Source of the DNA: Lytechinus pictus
Lineage: Eukaryota
DNA: 64,000 bases
Reading direction: 5' to 3'
Assembly: GCF_037042905.1 (NCBI RefSeq)
Contig: NC_087252.1
Span: 15,998,001 to 16,062,000, forward strand
The notes under the pieces were generated by a model that saw nothing but the letters and a program-made list of their open reading frames with translations, ran no database searches and was not told where the DNA came from. Positions 23,642-36,748 of this stretch are shown here, piece by piece (the stretch's first letter is position 1; every line of letters starts with the position of its first letter). The translations under genes and the position numbers were made by a program.

Positions 23642-26600
23642 TTAAGAATTGGCAGTTGTATTTTGGGTTGGATTTCCCTTTAATGTAACATGTTGCGATA
23701 TCTTGGTCATGTATTTCAGAGCCCCTTCAAGAATGGGAGCCAGACTATGCTCAGGTTTGCACAACTTCAAAAATACAGAAGTATAAGCCTGTTTTAGGGC
23801 ATTTGTTCTAGCCCCAGTAACAATGACAGTCGCTCCCGTTTCTTTTTCTAACCCTGTAATTAGGCTGTGAATGACATTTTACAAGCACTCTAATCTTTCT
23901 TCAGAGTCGTTCTAAATCCATCCACCAGCTGCAGGCACAGTAATCATAACATTAGAAATCAGTCTTAGAATGTTCCCAGAAGGTCCTACCCCTAACTGAC
24001 CAAAAATGTAGCATCTTGAGGATGTGCAGGACCCGAGTAATCCATATCTGAGCAAAAGATTTTAATTTTTTTGACTTCTGGGCTCTGCTGAGCTGGATAT
24101 AGCATCAAGTCACATTGCATCATGATTTACCTACGAAGTATGAACATGTTTTTAAGTGTGTATATAATTACTACAATGTTGATCTTTCTAATTAGACTTT
24201 GAATTTCGATGGTTAAAGGTTAGACCTTTCTTTGAGCATTTTACTTTGAGCATTGTAAATACATTTTGAAGGCCAGATGCCAGTTTAAAGGTTCTACAGA
24301 TTTTCCAAATTGGTCCGTTATTGCTTGAAATGTAGATGGTTAGGTCAAAACCAGCATGAATTTTCTCAATATTTTTCCAAATTTGCTGTAAGCAGTGGTT
24401 TGCTTGTGCTTGAAATGTAAATGATTAGGTCAGATGCACTGGTATGAATTTCCTTTAGATTTTCCACATTTGCTAAGCACTGTCCTGATGCTTGTTAGCA
24501 CTTGAAATGCAAATGGTTAGGTCAGATGCCTGTATGAATTTTGAAGATTTGCTACAGACTGGCCTGGTAGTGCTTCAAATTCAATTGGTCAATGAATTTT
24601 AAATTGTTAAGGAGTATACCTAGTTAATTGATGCTTGTTACTGTAAGGGTGATATATCATTGGTTTGACATACTTCTGTCTTGGCTAAAAATAAGGGGGG
24701 GGGGGGGAAGAAGCCATCTGTGATACTGATTTTGATAGTAAATATGATAATGATGCTAGCAATATTTTAGTCAATATTTCAAGCTTTGTAAAATTACACT
24801 TGGAAAATAATAGCTCTGATGAACATAATTGCAACTTCCAATTTTGGGGACACTGAAGTTAAAGGTTTATTAAGCAATATTTTGAAATGATTTGTCTTCA
24901 AATTCACGGGCCTGAATTATCTGACATTATGCTATGAAATGGAGTTGTGATTACATGCATTTGCACATCTATAGAAAAAAAAATCGATAAAAAAAAAAAA
25001 AAAAATCCAGATTACGGATTCGAATTTTTTAACGATTTTCACATGAAAATAACATTGAAAGTATTTCCTGCTTGAATTGATGAAACCTACAGCTCTAGAC
25101 CATATTTGTTGTCATTTCTTTTTTTGCTGCTTATTTGGTGCAGCTATTTATCTGTACTAGTATCTGCATTCAGATTGTGTGCAACAGTTTTGCCTGGCAA
25201 AGCAGTCATAGCCAAATAAGAAGCAAACAAAGAAATGACAAAAAATATGGTCTGCAGCTGTAGGTTTCATCCATTTAAGCACGAAATACTTTCAATGTTA
25301 TTTTCCTTTGAAAGTGGTTAGAAAAATTTGAATTCGTAATCTGGAAAACAAAAAAAAATAATTGAACTTTCTACAAGCAAACAGATGTAATCACAAGCCC
25401 GCTCTCATAGCGTGACGTCATAGATATCAGGCCCTTGAGGACAGCAATAAAGCTCATTTTTGAAGCTCTTGAATTTGAGTGTTTCTATAGCAAATACTGT
25501 GCTGGCAAGCTCTGCTGGCAAGCGGTGAAAATGCATGAAACTTGCATTGTGGTATTCTGTAGCTTATAGGCTTTCCATTGGTGTATAATTTGTCAATTTC
25601 ATTTTTCGCTTCCGATATGGTCTTTAAGTTAAACATGTTCAAATTCATCAAAATGAATAATATTTACTTGAATATCAGATGGAAGAGTGTTTCATTCTAA
25701 AGCACCTCTATATTGGAGTGTGCATCTACCACAATTGTTTTTTCCAAGAAGGAAGAACAAGAGAATTAAAAGATTGACTGAAAATTTTTCCACTACCTGC
25801 ATTATTATGCAAACTTATTTGAGACATGTATACCTAAACAATGGATTTTGATTATGCTTCTGTTCTCTGTACATATACTTCTCAGAGAAAATTGAATAAG
25901 CTAATAAGTTTATTGGTCTGTTTTTTTTTCATATGAAAATACAAGTTACATAATTTCAAATTCAATGTTTGAAAATAAAATATTTTATGCGTTATTGTCA
26001 ATAAAATGCCATTCATAACTTGACAAAAGAACCGTGATTTGTGAATCATTGACTCATTTTAACTTGACTCACTTGATGTACGAAAACAAATCTGTTGACT
26101 CACCTCAAGTGGGTCATTTGACTCACAAAATTTTTAAAAGGGTCATCTGGGGGACAAAATCAAAACCCGGCCACATGAGTCATTTGACCTACTAAGGTGG
26201 GTCTAAGGACTTACTTAAGTAGGTCTGTGGACTCATCTTAAACTCATGTGGGTCCTATGACCCACCTTAAGTGGGGTTAGTTGGGTGGAGCGATCCATAT
26301 AGTGTGTCATGTGACACACATATGTGTGTCATGTGACACACAAGGGCGAATTAAATATGTCGTGTGACTCACTTCAAGTGTGTCATTTGACTCACATTAA
26401 TCGTAAAGGGGGTCACCTGGGGGACAAACTTGAAACTCACGTAAGTGAGTCATTTGACTTGGAAAAGTTTTCAGTGTAGCGAGAGAGCCTTCAGTACACA
26501 AGGCATGAGTAGGCTGCACATTCAGACCCTTATCTCGAGTGAAAGGTTTGCCCAGCCGTCGACCGGGCGATTGCGACGAAAATTGGTATTTAGCCAAAAT

Positions 26601-28184
26601 TGTGTATTTAGCCAAAATTCATTAAATGTATCATTATTTCTACTTTTACTGATTAAACTTAATAAATTTTGCTTTGTTTATGATCAGAATTAAGTCTGGA
26701 ACGATTTCCATTAAAAAAACAATAAAAAGCAAAAAGTAAAAAACAAACAAATACATAAAGAAATTCATAAAACAATAAAATACATAAGAAATTTTATTTC
26801 CAAACCGAAGTTTTTTTTTAATTGCGATTGTTAAGAATGCTACAAAGAATATTTTTACCAAAAATTAGCATTCTAAGAGCTTTAATTAGTGAATTAGAGT
26901 AAAAAGTATGATTTATGCATAAATTAGCATAATCAATTCATATAAAATAAAATCTCATTATTTTGAACAATTTTACCATACAGCCTTGTAGATTACATCG
27001 CACACTACAAGCGTGCAAATTTTTGCATCGCTCGTGCGATCAGCTGCCGAGATCTTAAAGGGGGGAGGGGGGGGGGGGGCATGCCCCCCCCCCCCCCCGG
27101 GAATGACAAGAATCAAAATACCCCGAGAGATTTAGGGTTAAAAAGATAAAATTGATTTCAAGCAGTAAAAGGAAAAATGATACATTTAAGAATTTTGGCT
27201 AAAAACACTATTTGCATGGATTTGTACACAAATTCCAGTTTTTGAGTAATTTTTGGTCTGCATGCACTTACGAAACATTGCGTTATTTCGAAACCGCGTA
27301 CCCGGGGGTCACAATTTTGGTCTCAAAAGTTGCGTGAGACTTGAAAGTAAAAAGTCAGCGAGCAACGCGGTCAAAAAATTTCAAGCGGTGGATTTATTGC
27401 GAAAAATGCCGAGGGGGGGGGGGCTGAATCAGCCAGTCTTTTTAGGGTTAAGAGATCTTTTATGCAACAAGTGATCTTTCAGAATTCTTTCCATGGACAC
27501 TCCTTGGTCTTTCATTGATCTTTCATATTGATCTCTCACAAGCCCTACAGTGATCTCTGCAAAAATCTTGAGAGGGGTCATTCCATCTGGATTCACCCAG
27601 TGGTTGCACCCGACCGTCCCAGATTTCGTTGTAATTTGGTACACATAAAATTCACCATGGGCCATGATGGCCCACGTACAAAACAAAAAAAATAAGTCCA
27701 ATTGGTCCGTCGGTTCTCGCGCTACGGCCCGTCGTTTTCTCCTTGTTTTGACAAAAATGGACGTGACCTTCAACTTTCAATGGCCACTGCGTCGTAACGT
27801 GTTGACCAATTTTCATGAAACTGGTACCATTTATTAGGAAATTCAGAGATGAATCCAAAACAAGCATCAAATAATGTATTGGAGTGATTTATAAGGTTGT
27901 GTATTTGACCTTGAGTTTGACCCCCCGTACAAATAATTTTTCAACTTGTTTTTCGTGTATGTTAATTATTTATATGATATTGACAAAATATGTTAAAACC
28001 AATGATGATATTTTATTTCTTCACCTTTTAAAACTCTTTCAAAGATACCATGAAATTTCACTCTAGTCCCACATACTGATATTCATGTTAGTAAAAGTGT
28101 TACATGATTTCTTCCAATCTTAAGTTACAGTATGCATGCACATGAAAAGAAATAAAGCTCATCAGTTCACAAATGAAACATTAA

Positions 28185-28769
28185 AGGAGAATGAAACCCT
28201 TGAAACCAGCTGAATCCATATCAAAGAGAAAAATCAAAGAAACATATTGTTGAAAGTTTGAGGAAGATTGAATGAATAATAAGAAAGTTATGAGCATTCG
28301 AATATTGAGATCACTAGTGCCATGTAGATCCTCCCAACGGCAATGCGACCAAGATCTGTGATATCACACACGTACAACTCCCTCATTACTTTAGTACTTA
28401 TTTCACTTATATTCTCACTTTTATAGAGTCTCTATCACAAGGTGAGGTGTTCTCTTTATGAGATGACAAGTACAGAGGTTTCACAACATTATATCATTGA
28501 TGAATCGTTTGTCACATGATTAGAATGAGCAAAAAGAGATGTTTTGGGGTATATTTTCGGTGTCCAAATGGGAGAGTTGTACGTGTGTGACATCACAGAT
28601 CTTGGTCGCATTGCCAATAGGAGGATCTCCATAGCATTAGTGATCTCGACATTCAAATGCTCATAACTCTTTTATTGCTAGTCCTATTTTACTCAAAGTT
28701 TTGTTGATCTTATTCTTTGATTTTTCTGCTTTCACAAAAGCTAACTTGCTCCAAGAGTTTCATTCTCCT
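28185..28769. mobile_element. TTAA-flanked palindromic MITE (Kolobok-like)
   Basis: TTAA-AGGAGAATGAAAC ... GTTTCATTCTCCT-TTAA; related copy at 49127-50036. Confidence 0.85.
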
Positions 28770-28828
28770 TTAACATTTATGCTCATGAATATGTATCTGT
28801 TTAGGCATTTTGATGTTCAGCAATATAT

Positions 28829-28865
<37 letters not shown>

Positions 28866-29365
28866 TGCATCCCAGAATAAACGAAACCGAGATTTAGCGA
28901 TGATTTATCATAACTTAATCATATATACATATACAAATGACCTATCAATGTAAAGCTTAGTTAGAATCTCCTCTTTCATCTGATATTACTTATATTATTT
29001 TTCATTCACGCATAAGTGAGCAAAAACAATTTGAACTAGATTTTAATTCGTCATGCGGACGAATTAGGTGGTCTGTCCTTATTCTCGCCATCATGATCAC
29101 TATTACCATGTTCAAGCAGATCAATATGATCTTCATGATGACAACGGAATGTTCATTATGGATGGAATATTTGTGAAAGTCGGGAGATGATAAAGAACTG
29201 TGAAAAGGGTCTCTTTGATATATGAAAATACATGTGATATGAAAAAAGTAATTATAATCTGTTTAATCTTGCTAAATTTTAACTTTTATACCTTTTAAAT
29301 ACCAAAAAGGATCATGTACGAGGTGGTAAAAAGAAAAAAAAAATCGAAAAAAAAAAATCATGTTG

Positions 29366-29436
29366 TTCACCCCAGGACTCGAACCTGCGCCCCGAGAACG
29401 CAAGTCAAGTGCGTTATCCATTGAGCCACGATATTC
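29366..29436 (-). ncRNA. tRNA-derived Pol III cassette within the Helentron unit; further copies at about 33553-33625, 36067-36139 and 36542-36614
   Basis: A-box TGGCTCAATGG, B-box GGTTCGAGTCC, T-arm GCAGG/CCTGG and a downstream oligo-T. Acceptor and anticodon stems do not pair well. Confidence 0.6.
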
Positions 29437-30167
29437 CCCATAGAGATTACACGTTCCCATAGAGATTACACGTAAGCAAATTTGAGAATTGCAAATCCAA
29501 TTTTGCAAGCGAAAATGGGCATGATCCCGGCATCTGATAAAAAAATGGAGGGCACACTTCCGAAAGCTGAGAATCTCAGCTACAACATATTCAAAGTTAA
29601 GAGATAACTGATAAAAGAAAATGGAGATATAGCTCACGAAATAGAAGAATGTAGAATCTAGTTTTGAGAAAAAGTCATGTCCCATAGAGATTACACGCAA
29701 AATGAGTAAAAATGACATGCCTTTATTATTTGCAATTTTTCAAGATGATCCGTTTATTAAATGAAAAATAAAGGCAATAACTCAGAAAGAGTAAGACCTA
29801 AGCTACAACATATCGAAAAATTGGGCGAAAATTGACCAATATTCACGGAGTTAGAGCCTAATTTGCATAATTGTTATGACGTCATAACAAGCAAAATGGA
29901 TATTTTGATTTCCGACGCAGTTTTGATGACGTCATGATCAAATTGTGAGACAATGGTAACAAGAAATCAAATCTACAACTCATATTCTATCGACATATGA
30001 AAAAAAAATTGGGGGTCAACGGACTATTTAAAGAGCTACAGTGAATTTTCAATAGGCATGTTTTTGCCCATATATGGCCTATAGTGAGAGCTCGCGCGCA
30101 CACGTGCTGCAAACTTCAACGGGTGTTAATTTCGTTATTAATGGTCGTAGAAGGTTGATCAAGGTAT

Positions 30168-32725
30168 GGGCAATTCCAGCGTAACGGACATGACGTTCAG
30201 ACAAATTTTTGTAATTCAAAGGTTTATACAGTAGAATTAGCAGTCTTTTGATAATTGCTACTGAGCTTATCAGACACATTTAAGTATCAGTTACATACAC
30301 ATGAAATTTCAAATCGTTTCGTTGAACAGTTGCGGAGAAATTGCACTCTTTGTCAGCGTAACGGACATGACACGAAATGGACGAAGCATTTTTACCTCCT
30401 ATTGCTTATCAAAATTCCTGTGAATTCTTAGATTGCATGCACCCGACGCTGGTGTTAATTTAACCTTAAGATCATGCTCTATCCATAAAATGGTGTTTAA
30501 CAAAAGTTTTACAGTGCATTCTGTATTCATAGCTCAAAATGTAGTGTAACGGACATGACACATGAAGCGTAACGGACATGACAGTTTCGTCCACTTTTTG
30601 TAAGCGAATATAATTATTTTATTACAAGATATGGTACAAGTCTAATTGGTTACTTGTTAAGGCTAGAGGTTAGAGACACACATCATAACTGGTAATCTGT
30701 AATATCTCCTATTATTTTGCAATTTGAGAGGGGGGCTTTGCGTACAATATTTATAAAACAAAAAAATATTTGGAAAAATTTCTTTTACACCAGTTAACAA
30801 CAGTTAATTATTATTTTCCAGTTACTACCATCCGCCACATCTAATTAAAAGAGAAAAAGTTGATAGTAAAGATTATTTTTTATTCATGGCTTACTATTTG
30901 ACAATATACACTAGCGTAACGGACATGACACCCTTCCGAAGTGAACTTCATCAGCACTTCTTAGTTGCAAAATGAAAGAAATATGAATAATGAATGTAAT
31001 TATTAACAGCAAAGTACCTTTACTAACATTCTTAAGAAAAAAATGTAGACATTATTGGCACTTTTGGCAGGTATTATTAATTTAATAGCTATAGCCCACA
31101 TGATAATTTTATATAGAATACAATGCTTTAATAGTACCATAGGCACACTGAGAAGAGCAAATCAGATTTTTTTGTGAGAAGAAAACAAAATGTACCAGAC
31201 CTGATTAAATCCAAGATGAAAATACACCTGTATTATAAAATGTATTTTATGATAAAGAATATGTACTAGTATTAATGTCAATTTTAAGATTAAAAAAATG
31301 ATATTAAAAAGTATTTTAAATTTTGATAGCAGTACCTGGAAACCAGTCTTTCATTATCGATTATGTACGAGTTATAAGGTAATCGGAATGTTTGTAAATC
31401 GCTTCTGAGATTTTTTTCATTCAAAATAAAGATCCTTGGTATAATCATCCTTTCATCAAATCTTGGATGTACTAAATCTTACGATCTTGCTTGCTGACAA
31501 ATGTGGCTGTATCTAATTTCATTGTATTGTCTGCGCTGCTTGATACATCATTCAAATCATGATTATGGCTGACCAAAATACTATGATGACATAATTTATT
31601 GATTGCGCCACATTCCTTCCACAGCCTCTTTGCTTTGTGATATTAAGAAGTGCCACTGTAGATTCATGGATTCATAGAGCTACATCATGTAACACAGATA
31701 TCTGAATATTTACAAACTTGTTTTAAATGTGAGCCAGTGCCATCACTGAAGAAGTTGAGGGTTGGTGAAAGTCAGATACTTTGAAGCAATGTCATCAAAG
31801 ATCTCATGAATTCACAAGTTGGAGTTTTATCATGCTCCAAACTGTCAGTGCAAACACCTAAGATCATCAATTATTGTTCAAACACAAATGATGCAGATTG
31901 TGATCTGAGTATGTTGCCAGATTTAGCTGCATCTTATCCTAATATTATGTGGCATACCGTTAATTCTTAGAAAAATATACCAGAACAAGAGCTGAACTTT
32001 CATCATTTACCAACTTCTAAAAATAGCTAGAATGACATGCAGATTCTAGGAGTTATTACATCCAGCTATCCTCAAGCAATTGAGACTGACCACAGTCTGT
32101 GACACTGAGCCTAATATTTTGTTTTTGTGAATGCTGCCTTTTGTCATATATTAGGTGTCATGTCCGTTACGCGAATTGTCATGTCCGTTACGCCATTTTT
32201 ATGAAAATGAGAAGTGGTCAGGGAAAATGATTGCTACACATGGTAGGGGGTTTAATTCTAACATAGAATCTGAATCTGCAGTACCTTCAGACAAATTTCC
32301 TGTAAGCCGTGAAAACTTTAAGTGAAAAACGTAACGGACATGACACTGATAATGGTAAAGAAATCACATTAATCTGAAGATCGATTTCTCTAAAATTGAT
32401 GAATGGCATGAAATATCACAATGATTTTCTGTTGATTTAAACATTAATCATCTATACAAAAGTTAAAAGAGACCTGTGGGACCTTATTTGCTTTTAGTAG
32501 AGACAGGAAAGATGAATTGTTTAAAAATAGCCAAATTTTTTAGATTTTGCAATTTATTATTTTATTTTTTTGATGATGGAAAAAACCACAAAATTTTATC
32601 AATATTGTGATTTTTCTATTGGAAATTGAAACTTTATAGATTACTTTTTAAGAAAATTTGACTGCTTAAGTGAAATCTGAAACTTCATTTTTTCTCGAAA
32701 GTGAACATTTTCCATGGAATTGCCC
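30168..32725 (-). mobile_element. Sola2-like DNA transposon with decayed transposase
   Basis: TIR GGGCAATTCCA / TGGAATTGCCC and 4-bp TSD GTAT. It interrupts GATCAAGGTATCAAATT, which is intact in sibling units (for example near 34345). Confidence 0.8.
31590..31985 (-). pseudogene. Degenerate transposase motifs (Sola2-like catalytic core)
   Basis: Manual translation across frameshifts, in order: YFSKNY, WQHTQIT, TDSLEHD, FFSDGTGSHLK, WHFLISQSKEAVEG. These parallel DFAENY / HW..Q.T / SD.L.HD / SDG..QFK / WxFF..HGKG..DG. Confidence 0.6.
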
Positions 32726-35700
32726 GTATCAAATTGTTCAGAATTATATTATCGGTGCATTGATATAAAAAAAATGGCGATCCTATGTTGCATAGTGCTG
32801 TTACGCGCGGGAATGCGCGCGTAACCGTGCGCGCAAATTTTTGAAATCCTTAAAATGACCTACATGTAATTCGTACTCTACTTTGGTCAAAAAGTGATTT
32901 TGAGCACTTTAAAATTTTGACGCGCGCGTACGCGCACGTCGTGACCTTTACATGACCTTTGATGACATGGACAGTTGACCCTTGACCTGAAGTTAATGTG
33001 ATGTAAATATGATTAATTTTTGATAATTGTTAATGACGATATGATTGATAATGTGATTTCACAAAATGGCGCCTGGATTACGTCACGATGACCTAATGAC
33101 CTTGAAAAAGTTGATTTAACTTGAAATCATAGGGCTTGATGACTGACAGAAATTTGAAGGAAATTGACCATCTCGATTTTGAGTGAACGTGTGTACAAAA
33201 AAGTGTACGGAAGAAATAAAAATAAACTAGATTTTAATTCGTCATGCGGACGAATCAGGTGGTCTGTCCTTATTCTCGCCAACATGATCACTATTACCAT
33301 GTTCAAGCAGATCAATATGATCTTCATGATGACAATGGAATGTTCATTATGGATGGAATACTTGTGAAAGTCGGGAGATGATAAAGAACTGTGAAAAGGG
33401 TCTCTTTGATATATGAAAATACATGTGATATGAAAATAGTAATTATAATCTGTTTAATCTTGCTTAATTTTAACTTTCATACTTTTTAAATACCATAAAG
33501 GATCATGTACGAGGTGGTAAAAAGAAAAAAAAAGAAAAAAAAAATCACCTTGTTCACCCCCAGGACTCGAACCTGTGCCCCCGAGAACTCAAGTCAAGTG
33601 CGTTATCCATTGAGCCACGATATTCCCCATAGAGATTACACGTTCCCATAGAGATTACACGTAAGCAAATTTGAGAATTACAAATCCAATTTTGCAAGCG
33701 AAAAACGGGCATGATCCTGGCATGTGATCGAAGAATGGAGAGCACACTCCCGAAAGCTTAGAATCTCAGCTACATCATACCAAAAGCTCAGGGATAACTA
33801 ACAAGAAAAAATGGAGATATAGCTCACGAAATAGAGGAATGTAGAATCTAGTTTTGAGAAAAAGTCATGTCCCATAGAGATTACACGTAAAATGAGGAAA
33901 AATTACATGCCTCTTTTCATCGCAATTTTACACCATGATGCGTTTTTCAAAATGAAAATTCATGGTACCTAACGAGAAAGAGTACATTCTAAACCACCAC
34001 ATATCGAAATCTGGGCGAAAAATGATCAATATTCACGGAGTTATGATCAAATTTGCATATATTTGATGACGTCATTTTTGAAAAAATGAAATTTTCAGTT
34101 TAGGCGCAATTTTGATGACGTCATGATCAAATTGAGGGACAATGGTGACATGAAATCAAATCTACAACTCATACTCTATCGATATATGAAAAAAAATGGG
34201 GGTCAACGGACTATTTAAAGAGCTACAGTGAATTTTTAATAGGCATGTTTTTGCCCATATATGGCCTATAGTAAGAGCTCGCGCGCACACGTGCTGCAAA
34301 CTTTAACGGGTGATAATTTCGTTAATACTTGTCGTAGAAGGTTGATCAAGGTATCAAATTGTTCAGAATTATATTATCGGTGCATTGATATAAAAAAATT
34401 TGGCGATTCTATGTTGGAAGATGCAATTACGCGCGAAAACGCGCGCGCATGTGCGTGCGAGCGTTTTTTTGCAAAATGCTTAAAATGGCCTGAAACGTAT
34501 GGAAAATTAATTTGGAACGAATTTGAGCATTTTAAAATTTTAATGCGCGTGTACGTGCGCGTCGAGGTGCGCGCGCGGAATTTGATGAAATTTTTAGTTG
34601 ACCGTTGACCTGAAGTTGATGTATACCAAATATAGTTGATTTTTGATGACTCGTTATCGAGATATGATAATGACCTGATTTTTACAAAATGGCGCCTGGA
34701 TGACGTCACGATGACCTAATGAGCTTGAAAAAAGGAGGGCACACTTCCGAAAGCTTAGAATCTCAGCTACATCATACCAAAAGCTCAGGGATAACTAACA
34801 AGAAAAAATGGAGATATAGCTCACGAAATAGAGGAATGTAGAATCTAGTTTTGAGAAAAAGTCATGTCCCATAGAGATTACACGTAAAATGAGGAAAAAT
34901 GACATGCCTCTTTTCATCGCAATTTTACACCATGATGCGTTTTTCAAAATGAAAATTCATGATAACTGACGAGAAAGAGTACATTCTAAACCACTACATA
35001 TCGAAATCTGGGCGAAAAATGATCAATATTCACGGAGTTATGACCAAATTTGCATATATTTGATGACGTCATTTTTGAAAAAATGAAATTTTCAGTTTAG
35101 GCGCAATTTTGATGACGTCATGATCAAATTGAGGGACAATGGTGACATGAAATCAAATCTACAACTCATACTCTATCGATATATGAAAAAAAATTGGGGG
35201 TCAACGGACTATTTAAAGAGCTACAGTGAATTTTTAATAGGCATTTTTTTGCCCATATATGGCCTATAGTAAGAGCTCGCGCGCACACGTGCTGCAAACT
35301 TTAACGGGTGTTAATTTCGTTATTAATGATCGTAGAAGGTTGATCAAGGTATCAAATTGCTCAGAATTATATTATCAATGCAATGATATAAAAAACGGCG
35401 TTTCTGCGTTGCGTTGAAAGCGTTGCGCGTTTCCGCGCGCGCATACCTGTGCGTGCGCAAATTTTTGAAATGCTTAAAATGACCTAAAACGTACTTTACT
35501 TTGGTCAAAAAGTGATTTTGAGCATTTTAAAAATTTGACGAGCGCGTACGCGCGCGTCGTGACCTCCAGGTGACCTTTGATGACATGACCTGTTGACCCT
35601 TGACCTGAAGTTGATGTGATGTCAATTTGATTGATTTTTGATAATTGATAATGGAGATATGATCGACAATGTGATTTTACAAAATGGCGCCTGGATGACG

Positions 35701-36748
35701 TCATCATGACCTGATATCCTTGAAAAAGTTGATATTACTTGAAATCATATGGCTTGATGACTGACAGAAATTTGAAGGAAATTGACCATGTCGATTTCGA
35801 GTGAACGTGTGTACAAAAAAGTGTACGGAAGAAATAAAAATAAATAAATAAAGAATAAAGAAAATTCTAGCGAAATCAATAGGTGATCTGTCATAGACAG
35901 ACCACCTAATAAAGAATAAATAAATAAAGAAAATTCTAACGAAATCGATAGGTGATCTGTCATCGACAGACCACCTAATAAAGAATAAATAAATAAAGAA
36001 AGAAAATTCTAACGAAATCAATAGGTGATCTGTCATCGACAGACCACCTGAAAAAAAATCATCTTGTTCACCCCCAGGACTCGAACCTGCGCCCCCGAGA
36101 ACTCAAGTCAAGTGCGTTATCCATTGAGCCACGATATTCCCCATAGACCTGAAGTTGATGTGATGTCAATTTGATTGATTTTTGATAATTGATAATGGAG
36201 ATATGATCGACAATGTGATTTTACAAAATGGCGCCTGGATGACGTCATCATGACCTGATATCCTTGAAAAAGTTGATATTACTTGAAATCATATGGCTTG
36301 ATGACTGACAGAAATTTGAAGGAAATTGACCATGTCGATTTCGAGTGAACGTGTGTACAAAAAAGTGTACGGAAGAAATAAAAATAAATAAATAAAGAAT
36401 AAAGAAAATTCTAACGAAATCGATAGGTGATCTGTCATCGACAGACCACCTAATAAAGAATAAATAAATAAAGAAAGAAAATTCTAACGAAATCAATAGG
36501 TGATCTGTCATCGACAGACCACCTGAAAAAAAATCATCTTGTTCACCCCCAGGACTCGAACCTGCGCCCCCGAGAACTCAAGTCAAGTGCGTTATCCATT
36601 GAGCCACGATATTCCCCATAGAGATTACACGTTCCCATAGAGAAAAACGGGCATGATCCTGGCATCTGATCGAAAAATGGAGGGCACATTTCCGAAAGCT
36701 TAGAATCTCAGCTACATCATACTAAAAGTTCAGGGATAACTAACAAGA

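Larger units (their letters stand above)
15625..26476 (+). mobile_element. CACTA/EnSpm (CMC)-like DNA transposon, internally deleted, 10.9 kb including nested MITEs
   Basis: TIRs CACTGAAAACTTTTCCGAGTC / GACTTGGAAAAGTTTTCAGTG with TA on both flanks. Many GACTCA/TGAGTC subterminal repeats at both ends. Internal coding remnants. Confidence 0.8.
15478..27447. mobile_element. piggyBac-like non-autonomous element(s), TTAA-flanked, split by nested insertions
   Basis: TTAA-CCATAAATAAACTGG at left and CCAGTCTTTTTAGGG-TTAA at right. An alternative right end at about 27138 makes the pairing ambiguous. Confidence 0.5.

Noticed and set aside
29366..29436. Functional tRNA gene
   Set aside because: Acceptor and anticodon stems do not pair and the anticodon triplet differs among copies; retained only as a tRNA-derived cassette.
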